From: Octopus vulgaris
Lineage: Eukaryota
Assembly (NCBI GenBank): GCA_951406725.2
Contig: OX597814.1
Span: forward strand, 134,416,001 to 134,480,000
Direction of reading: 5' to 3'
DNA: 64,000 nt
In this document: positions 49,101-58,500 of the stretch, piece after piece
Layout of the letters: the number at the start of each line of letters is the position of its first letter
How positions within the stretch are numbered: the first letter of the stretch is position 1
Program-made: the position numbers and the translations under genes
The notes under the pieces: generated by a model
Database searches by the model: none
Told to the model about the DNA's origin: nothing
The model's input: the letters and a program-made list of their open reading frames with translations, nothing else

Positions 49101-51941
49101 GAGTGCTCACAGTTAGTTAATTACTTGCTGCAAAACTGTATTTAAAGGAGTTGATTGAATAAAATACAAGCTCTTCTTTTATTATTTAATAAATAAAATA
49201 TATACAATTATATATACACACACACACACATATATATGCATACATATATATACACACACATATATACATATACACATATATATGTATGTATATATACACG
49301 TATATATATATATATATATACATATACATACATATACACATACATATGTATGTATGTATATATACACGTATATATATATATATATATACAAATGCACGAA
49401 TGATGTCATAAATAACAGTAACAAACGAAATATACACCACCTGAAGTTGTTGACAAACAACAGCAGTAATTTTATTCAGCTAAATACATATCACTGAGTG
49501 GTTGAAATTACCAAAATACAACAACTTTAACACAAAACAACTTTGAACATATAAACTTTTCTCAACAATACTAAGAATAAAAGATGTTTTATATGACACA
49601 TTCTTCCAGTGTCCAAAGTTTGAAAGTGTTTTATTACAAAAAATTAATTTCTCAATCTGCCGTTCAAAGGGTAAAGCTCCTCAGTTTTTGTAAATTAAAA
49701 CTGATCAGTTGTTCCTCTGCAATACAAATACAAGATTTTTAACAAATATTTTTCAAAAATATTCAGACTTCTACATGTTATTTTGATTTGCATTTATCAA
49801 TTTCCAAGGTTATCTTCAGTAAAATTCATCATGTTTATCTTTCAAAATTTCAATTTGCTTTATGAAATAGATCTGCTGGTTGCATAATCAATTAAGATAC
49901 CAGCCTTCTGATTGAGAGATCCACAATTCATAACTTGTCTTTAACACTAACCATGAACAACTCAGCATTGAGGGATATAGCGTTAATAACACGGGATCTG
50001 TGGCTGATTAAGCATAACACAGAAACTTGTACTACAGTTTGATGACTTCAATCAATGTCTAGTTTAGTGTTTTCACACACATTGCTCGTAAGGAGAATTT
50101 CTCTTCCAAAGCATTTTCCAGTCAAGGTCTTTCTACTTTTGAGTGTGTTAAATATAAATGTACATAACTTTATTTTTCAAATGTTAAATGAAATACTACA
50201 CTTAAGAGTAAGAATACTTCGATTAATGGACGTTAAAAACAGTTCTAGTACTAATAAGTGTCGATTAGCATGTGTCATCAGCTGCTAAGAACAAAGGTTA
50301 AATCTCATTACTGATTCAACTAATGCAAGAAGAGATTTTATTTTCACAGCTCATAAATCTAAAAATGAAACAGAAATTGTCATATTCTGCTAAAGCTACT
50401 GGTTATATGGAAATCCAATCCATGTGTTCCAACGTTGGTCGTTAAAGGGTATTAGCAATTCTTAGACTTAGAAAATGCATCTCTCTGAGAAACAATCATA
50501 TATAATGGTTGTTTTTTTTAAATATTTTCATTTCTATTATTTTAACTCTGTAGAACCCCAATCCAGACAAGCAAAATAAACCCTTCAACAGCCAACAGTT
50601 AGAAGATTGTGATGCCTATCCCGATACACAGGCCATGTTAGTGCGTATTGATGGTGTCAAACATGAAATTACACACCAGGTAACTTCATTTTCTTTCCAT
50701 CTTATCATTTCACCTCCATTTTCCCATAGCAGCATGGGTAGGCCATGTCTGCTTCATTATGTCACATCGTTTTACTGTTTTGCCATCTGTGTGAGATTAT
50801 GCAATCTTCACCATACCCACAAGCTCCTTCCAAAATTAGACATTTGACTCTTCTTAGCCATATTGTTATATAGTCGTTCTTTATATGCATCGCATGTCCA
50901 ATGTAGTGTAGATTTCAAGCTACAACTAGTTTCTTTTTTCTCTCAGAACACTCATGGTGTCATTCATGCATGGCGATTTATTCATCCAGTCGAGCATAGC
51001 TATCTCGTTTCTTCCCAGCATTCATACACTCTCTGCAATTAGTGTATATATCTCACTTCTATACAAAACTTCACTTTGCATACAACCATCATATAATCTA
51101 CTCCACTCTTAAAGAACTTTGTTGCTTACTGCAATAATAAATAGCTCCCTGAGCTTTCGCCCCTTCCATTACATTCTGATTACTCTGTTTCAACTGCTAC
51201 TTAAGGTTACCCAAGTAACAAGTTGTTAGCTAATTGTAGTACGGTTAAAAGATTGCATTCATGCATATTGTGCATGTTATTTATGTCAGCTTTTCCTGAG
51301 ATCCATTCCATATTACCTGCAAGCCTTTTATTTGTGTAATGAAACAGTAAAATCCAAGGAAAGTGATAGCATCATACTGTATTATATTAACAGATGAAAT
51401 ATTTATGATTCTCTCCAACTTTTGGGGGAGACTATTCGACTGTCTGAAATCAAATTTATTATTCACTCCTACATTTCAGGCCCATCTTGGAAGTCATCAA
51501 TGGCTTTTCAACACCTTCACTGATGTTGAGAAAGCTCCTGCTGTCTGTCTACGCCATGATGTTGATGGATTAGTGTGGCAGTTAGGTGATGATGACAGCT
51601 TTGACTTGGCTACACAACCATGGCGACATGTAGCAACATTCAACGCATTTGGTTATGTTCAAGCTTCAAAACAACAAAAGAAATTTTCAACTTGTCCACC
51701 TGACTTCTCTTATGTAATCATCAGCGATTGTTCGAAACATTGTTACATATATCGTCAACCATTAGCCATTACTTCATCAATTAGAAACCGTAAGACTGGA
51801 CATCAAGTAACAGCTGTTGCTAAGCAGCAAGTACTCTCTTTGGAAGCAGCAGAAAATATTATGGGTGTCCAGGCAACTAATCATTATCTTTTTATTTTAA
51901 CACCAACCAAACTTCTCGCTGTCAATATGGAATTACATTAA
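36228..51941 (+). CDS. NUDCD1: NudC domain-containing protein 1, complete spliced gene, 604 aa; join(36228-36348,39217-39383,40152-40358,40767-40962,44025-44213,47375-47579,48899-49040,50554-50679,51480-51941)
   Basis: 9 GT-AG exons splice in frame (1815 nt). N-terminal [19 protein letters not shown]/p23-like domain [15 protein letters not shown]-terminal [11 protein letters not shown] and [20 protein letters not shown] match the NUDCD1 family. Confidence 0.95.
36675..37047 (+). mobile_element. CR1/L2-group LINE 3' fragment (same family, opposite orientation)
   Basis: [34 protein letters not shown] followed by an (ATT)n tail. Confidence 0.8.
38050..39030 (+). mobile_element. Decayed RTE-clade LINE fragment
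   Basis: [10 protein letters not shown] and QFRWPYHA...KLPYQVL...YKDQLK resemble RTE ORF motifs; many disablements. Confidence 0.7.
39217..39383 (+). CDS. NUDCD1: NUDCD1 exon 2 ([26 protein letters not shown]...)
   Basis: ttacag| ... ACT|gtaagt. Confidence 0.92.
40152..40358 (+). CDS. NUDCD1: NUDCD1 exon 3 (...[17 protein letters not shown]...)
   Basis: ttttag| ... CAA|gtgagt. Confidence 0.92.
40767..40962 (+). CDS. NUDCD1: NUDCD1 exon 4 (LRFTKSDV...[12 protein letters not shown])
   Basis: ccatag| ... G|gtaaat. Confidence 0.9.
41500..42580 (+). mobile_element. Decayed Penelope-like retroelement (RT C-terminus/linker and GIY-YIG endonuclease)
   Basis: [14 protein letters not shown]...KHF...[15 protein letters not shown] and, further on, [12 protein letters not shown]...[12 protein letters not shown], with stops. 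Confidence 0.75.
43258..43556 (+). mobile_element. RTE-like 3' end copy
   Basis: Same family, tail aaacgatgatgatgat. Confidence 0.85.
44025..44213 (+). CDS. NUDCD1: NUDCD1 exon 5 ([14 protein letters not shown]...KDDC)
   Basis: cttcag| ... C|gtaagt; symmetric phase 1, 189 nt. Confidence 0.92.
44243..44755 (-). mobile_element. RTE-like 3' end copy
   Basis: Same family, reversed; begins about 30 nt after the NUDCD1 exon 5 donor. Confidence 0.85.
46115..47324 (-). mobile_element. Tc1/mariner-superfamily transposon with decayed transposase
   Basis: TIR CAGGGTGCAcAAGaTATTTGAGGA at both ends in a TA context; fragments with an HTH-like region and [16 protein letters not shown]. Confidence 0.9.
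47375..47579 (+). CDS. NUDCD1: NUDCD1 exon 6 (CS domain, [16 protein letters not shown]...)
   Basis: ttacag| ... AA|gtagga. Confidence 0.92.
48899..49040 (+). CDS. NUDCD1: NUDCD1 exon 7 (LEVYLSK...[10 protein letters not shown])
   Basis: ttgtag| ... TGG|gtcagt. Confidence 0.92.
49207..49390. repeat. (TA)/(CA) low-complexity tract
   Basis: Directly visible. Confidence 0.9.
50554..50679 (+). CDS. NUDCD1: NUDCD1 exon 8 (NPNPDK...[10 protein letters not shown]...THQ)
   Basis: ctgtag| ... CAG|gtaact. Confidence 0.92.
51480..51941 (+). CDS. NUDCD1: NUDCD1 exon 9 ([10 protein letters not shown]...MELH*)
   Basis: tttcag| ... TAA. Confidence 0.95.
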   Translation, partial: AHLGSHQWLFNTFTDVEKAPAVCLRHDVDGLVWQLGDDDSFDLATQPWRHVATFNAFGYVQASKQQKKFSTCPPDFSYVIISDCSKHCYIYRQPLAITSSIRNRKTGHQVTAVAKQQVLSLEAAENIMGVQATNHYLFILTPTKLLAVNMELH

Positions 51942-52554
51942 ACTTAATTACCTTACTGCTCTTTTCCAATTAAACTAATGAAATATTGGCTCTGAGTCTC
52001 TTTTTCTTTCTTTTGGTTATTCATACCTTGAATTGTCTAATATACCACAACCCCACACATTTGAGGGGTCTTGTGAGTTATGTGGTGGGAAGATTCTATG
52101 AAGAAAGCAACCAGTACAATGCAAAGGGGTTGGTCCTTGAACAAGCACCCAACTGTGCCAAAGCAGAAACTGGAGCTCAAGCAATCCTGTCTCTGTCAAA
52201 CTGCCCAAAGCATGGAAGACAAGCATTAAAAGAAGTACAATGCAAGACAAAAATTTAATTTACAAATCCTATGCGTGAAATTATTTCAAGTATATTTATT
52301 GCATATTATTTACACTCATATTTGACTTATGATCACAAAGCTTTTTATTTTGATGTAATAAAAAAATTTGTTTGAATGTATAATACATACAAGGTCCTGT
52401 GAAAATAATGAAAAGGCTTAGTAACCATAATTTAAATATCATACAATGTGCAATACAATAAATATAATTGAAATAATTGCACAAAGAATATTGTGGGTCA
52501 AATACGAAGATGAACACAAACCAAGTATTATATATTTAAGCTTTATTTTTCCAT

Positions 52555-52577
52555 TTATTTTTCTTTGACTTGGAGAC
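52555..52577 (-). CDS. RPL38: RPL38 last coding exon (GLQVKEK*)
   Basis: Minus strand tttttttag|GTCTCCAAGTCAAAGAAAAATAA followed by AATAAA at 52542-52547. Confidence 0.9.
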
Positions 52578-55500
52578 CTAAAAAAAATAAATTAAATAGT
52601 ACATTAGTAATCAGCCACATTAAAATTTGTTACAAAGATGTTACAAATTTCATAGTATGCAAAATTAAATCAAAATGGTTTTGATATACAACAAATGCAA
52701 ATCTGGATAAAGATTTTTACAATAAGCACTCCAGAATAATCACATAAATCCCTAACACTTGTATCATAGTCCTAATAGAATATTATAGATGTCCAGTTGA
52801 GATTTAAGGACAATGCAATATTATAATAATCATGAATATGGATGGATTTCCATAAATTATGTAACTCTAGCATTTTTACTACAGAAGTACAAGTCCATGT
52901 AAAAAACATTGAATGAACTTAGTACATAGGAAAGCAAAGAATACTAAATAGTAATGATTATTCAATGTATTTTCCTCTTTTAATGAACTCTTGCTCCTTA
53001 AGACTAGTAACAGGGACATGGTTGCTATTAAACTACAGAAGAAGAAAAAACATGCACAAAGGGTTAATTCCAGAGTGGGTGATTACTATGGCAAAGAGGT
53101 GGATATGTTTAGTGCAGTTTGGAAAGAGAGAGAAGGAGATACAAATGGATTTGAAAAGTGACATGAGCTTAGCTTGGTCCAAAACCGGTCATTGTAAGTA
53201 GAAAACACAAAAACAAGGAAAGAGCACACAACAGACCAGAAATAGGGAGTCTAAGACGTCTATTTTTAATAGAAGCACAGTCCCAGATGTTGAGACAATA
53301 GGTTTTATAACTATTATCTGTTCCTGAAGAAGGTTAATCTTTGTGATTATAGTCTTTATTGAGGCAATTGGGTATTTAAGGTTAGAGTAAAATGAAAGCT
53401 AACTCATCAGCACTGTGACACTTTAGGCAAATATGTTGCTATGTAAGAGGAGGAAAATGAGTAAGACAAACTGCTTATGTTGCAGGTTAATGGGCAACCT
53501 ATTAAAGAGATAGGTAGAACCCAGGGGTAAACAGTTTAGCTTGAAGATTTACATGACAAACAAAAAAAGAATATTTTGCTAATGTCCTATTTTAACAGTT
53601 TTCAAATTTCTCACGAGCAAGTGGTACTACTGAATGACAATGAACAGTTCAAGCCGGCCTATTCCCAAAGGCAATCCAGTCACATCTTCCCTTTCTAGGA
53701 CCAGATTATCCAGTATCCTGTATTTGTTGGGACAACAGGGTATGAGGGAAATCTGGCAGTTGTTTCTTGTAAATCAAGCAACTACATACAAGTTGTCATT
53801 TTTGTTAGGAAATAAGTTAATTTTTTGGCTCAAAAAGCAAAAAGCAAGGCCATGTGTACAGAGTTCAGGCCATTTCTGGTCAAGTGAGACTTTGAACCGA
53901 GCAGTCGTCGGCATCTTCACTCTCGTCCAGCAGCTTATTCCACAGATCTGTGGCCCGGATGGAGAAAGCCCGACCCCAATCTACTATGTTTACATCATCT
54001 CTAGAGATTGTATTCTTCCAACTAAACCACTCAACATTGAAACATAAGCACAGACTAAATCTGAGACAAACAGAGAGTTACTAATTGTCAATGAACAAAA
54101 ACTTAACTAGTATATAATATAAAATTAGGCATGATAAAAGCTCTTCTACTGAAGCAAGAAATTAAGCATATTTAATTTAAAAGAACAAACAAAATCCAAG
54201 TCAGGCAAAGCTTTCCGTGCACTGTGTCATAAGACACTCAAACAAGAGGTGTCAAAGCTTAATCATCACACAAGGACAAATAGTTGCAGAGTCTCAAAGA
54301 ATCATATCTTTTGGTTGGACACCTATCCAAGGCATTTATGAAAGTGGGGACTCTGCTAAGTGATTTTGGTTTAACTAGCTAACACATTAGGATTACAACT
54401 TAACTCTTACTGCAGTTCTAACAGAACAATGTGTGGCCAGTGGAAACAGAGCTAAACAGATAATTATGATAACTATTGCAAAACATTAACAGTTATAAAT
54501 ACGAAGTCATACTAGGGTATAAATAAATATCACAAACATTACTACACACTAAGCATTCTGAAGAAGGTTAAGATGAACTATACAGCTTCATGATAGTAAT
54601 AATTCCAAATGCTATGTATCAAGATCTTTTAATCTAAATCAATAAAATTGCATTAATGTTGTAAATTAACTCTCAGTACAGAGATTACCTTAAAAAGATG
54701 ACCCAGCTAATTTTAATTCTAAGTAGTGAACATTTGATATTTCTGAGAAAAAAACACCACTCACAAACATAGGTGGCAGGCTCATAAAAGATACAAGTGC
54801 TTGTGTAATTTTACATTTTTGTAAGCCTGCATATAACAGTTCATTGTACTAATTGAGTCCATCAACGCAAACTTACTCTTAACTCAAAAGAGAATAAACA
54901 AATATCCAAGTCAGTCAAAGCTTCCCGTGCATTGTGTCATAAGACACTCAAACAAGAGGTGTCAAAGCTTGATCATCATACAAGGACAATTATACAAAGT
55001 TTTGAAATTTCAAGAATACCAACCCAGCCATATAAGAGTGTTCACATTCAAAATCTCATAACAAATGATTTCAGCTCCAACAATGCCCACCAGGCTATAC
55101 CAGCACATAAAACAAGACAGTTCTCAAAATACTGATTATATAGAAAATTAGTTGAGAGAAATGAAATCAAAGCTAACTGCACAGTATTGTCAAGAGACTA
55201 AAAGCAAAATGTCTAAATCTTGATTACACAAGAATTGTTCAAGTCCCTCAAATTCTAATGTAATGTTGCATTTTAATAAACCTATCAGCAGAACTCAATT
55301 CAGCTTAAACCTTCCTATAATCACAATTACTCAAGCATCCATATTTAATTCAAAATCAAACATGAATGACATCTTAAAATTTACACTGTCAACAGCATAA
55401 CACACCTAATTTTAATTCTAAGTAGTGAACATTTGATATTTCTGAGAAAAAAACACCACTCACAAACATAGATGGCAGGCTCATAAAAGATACAAGTGCT

Positions 55501-58500
55501 TGTGTAATTTTACATTTTTGTAAGCCTACATATAACAGTTCATTGTACTAATTGAGTCCATCAACGCAAACTTACTCTTAGAAAAGGATTACAGATAAAT
55601 CCAAGTCAGTCAAAGCTTTCCGTGCATTGTGCCAGAAGACACTCAAACAAGAGGTGTCAAAGCTTGATCATCACACAAGGACAATATTTACAGAAATTTA
55701 TGTATAACCCTGCATATATATCAGACAACATATATTTCAAGAAGTAGACATGGCTGTAGTTGTTGACCAATATCATGTGACAATTTAATACGGTAAGTAA
55801 TAGTGACAACAGAGGGTAGAGAAGGTTAGCTGAGAAATGGACGAAATATTCAAGTCAGGACATGCAATAGAATAATTAAGATGAAATCATTATCATCATC
55901 GTTTAACGTCCGCTTTCCATGCTAGCATGGGTTGGACGATTTTGACTGAGGGCTGGCAAACCAGATGGCTGCATCAGGCTCAAATCTTGATTTGGCAGAG
56001 TTTCTACAGCTGGATGCCCTTCCTAATGCCAACCACTCCGAGAGTGTAGTGGGTGCTTTTTATGTGCCACCAGCACGGGGCCAGTTAGACAGTACTGGCA
56101 ACAACCTCACTCGAATCCTTTTACACATGCCCCCAGCACAAGTTAAATGAAACTCAACATTTATCTCCGCATACACCACACCAAGAAGACGTACTCCCTC
56201 TACTCTATAATGAGTAGCTGTGTAGCTTTCCTACAGCAAGAAATCTGCTCTGGCCCTTCTCTCTCACTTTCACCCCTCATTCTATAGCATATAACCCTAC
56301 TCAGTCAAACAAGATCTTAGTGTTGCAGGCATCATGGTAGCATCCCTTAATACTGGTTCCACAAGCAAGTGCAAGCTGTAAAACAGTTGGCATTAGGAAG
56401 GACATCCAGCCATAGAAACCATGCTAAAGCAATGGAGCACAATCTCGTCTTTGAACATGTCATATAACACAACCAATGATAGCTTGGAACATGGACATTA
56501 AATGGTATGTGTGTGTATGCATACAAAAGTATTGTCTATATAATCACACATTCATCACTACCACAGCTAGGGTAAAGCAGTTAAACTGACATGATGCCAT
56601 TAGCAGTTAATAATAAACCCATATCAGTCAGAAGTTATGATCACAGTCACCGTTAGAGGCTGACTAACATAATACATGCAACATCATGTACAGGTTTATA
56701 ATAGGTGTAAAGTTGCAGCTATTTCATTTGTTAACATCTTGAAAATCCCAACATATAATGATTAAAATCCTTAGAACACCAATGTTCCAAGTTATTTTTT
56801 TCCATAAACAGCAACAGTATTACTTCTTTGGCAGTTAAACTGACCAAATCTGGCCCAAATATTCTTCCAGACCAAGCAAGTCTGGCATCTCACACCTAAC
56901 CTACAATGTCATTATAAAAATAAAGAACCACTTCATAGAAATTTTCCAACTATAAGACAATGCAGGAGTCAAAACAATAAGACGAAATAACCATTACATT
57001 TAACAGAGTAATCTAAATGTTACAGGGTTAAAGATGGCATTAATATGATGCTGTTAGGAAAGACATCCAACCTTGGAAACCTGATAATCACAAAATTAAA
57101 GCTGACTACAGGTAAACTATCAAGCAAAAGAAAATTGATTACAATATGAATAGCAATATTACAAACCTGGTGGTAAAGATTGCTTTAATTTGTCAGCCTT
57201 TTCTCTGTCATGTATAACCAGTGTATACAAGAAGCGGCTACAACGAACTTTGAATTTAACATTATCCCGATTCTTCTTAATTTTTACGGCTGGAAAAGGA
57301 AAATGATTCAGGTAAATCTCAATTTACAATTTCTAATCACTGCTGTAAATACATGCATAAAGAAAATGCAGTATAAATTGTTGCAAAGCATTCATATGAA
57401 TACATAATTTGCCCACTCAACTTTTAATTGCAGCTGTAAGCAGTTAACTCTAAACTTGTGTCAGTTCAAAATTGTACACAAAGAAAATTAACATAAAAAG
57501 TTTTACACAAACAACTATTTTACATTGTGTACTAGGTATATTTTATCTATGGATTTAACCCTTTCGTTACTATATTTCTGACCAAAATGTGTTTCAATTA
57601 ATTTCTAACAATCATAAATTTAGTCTGGTTTCATTAAACAACTATAACTTTTTTATTTATCAATATATTAATGTGATTTTTGGAAGATAATTTAATGAAA
57701 TGTTCTCAACCAATTCTATACTATAATTTTTGTCATAAAGTGACTAATTGCAGGTAGATACAGGTAAATTCAAAAAAATATAAAATTATAAAAATTTTGT
57801 TCAAACATCGCTATAGAAAATGGGTTATTAGCTAATATTCAATTGGGTATACAACAAAATTTTACTGTAGAATTTATTATTCTGGGTAACTTTCTGATAC
57901 CCATAATAATATTTATGGCAAAATAGGCCTTAATTTCATTTAAGGTTGTGGGAAACCACAAACTATCCTTTCTTTCGCTTTGTTTACATTTAGCGTAACG
58001 GTTCGTTTCCGCCGTAATTTTCTGATACCCACAATAATATTTATGGGTAACTTTCTGATACCCATAATAATATTTATGGCAAAACAGACCTTAATTTCAT
58101 TTAAGGTTGTGGGAAACAACAAACTATCCTTTCTTTCGCTTTGTTTACATTTAGTGTAACGGTTCGTTTCCGCCGTAATGATTTCAAATAGGCTCATTCG
58201 AAAAAGTAAAGAGAAATAGTCTAAGGCTTTACTCTCCTAGGAAAGACTGTGGCTTAGTCCAGTTTCTTCAGAAAAATCACTGAAAGAAACAGTTTTTAAA
58301 TTTTCACTCCATTCAGGTGCCAATTCATTTTCGGAGCTCTAGGATTCACTGTTTTCATTTTCGGAAAATGAAACATTGGATTCATTATCAAATACCACGT
58401 GCTTTTTTTTTTTCAGTCATAGAGTTAGATTTATCAAGGTCTTCAGTAGAAAATCCTTCGAATTCTGACTCGCTGCTTGATATAATGAAATTCGTATCCA

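Noticed and set aside
53850-53980. GC-richer patch in the RPL38 intron
   Set aside because: Minus strand reads [14 protein letters not shown], a CR1/L2-type LINE 3' fragment rather than an ncRNA
54707-54881. Duplicated block read as an H/ACA snoRNA or SECIS element
   Set aside because: No properly placed H and ACA boxes on the host strand; no AUGA/AA/GA geometry; intronic location
56625-56645. Second guide GATCATAACT matching 18S AGUUAUGGUU
   Set aside because: Overlaps the C' box, needs two G-U pairs and is not in register with box D
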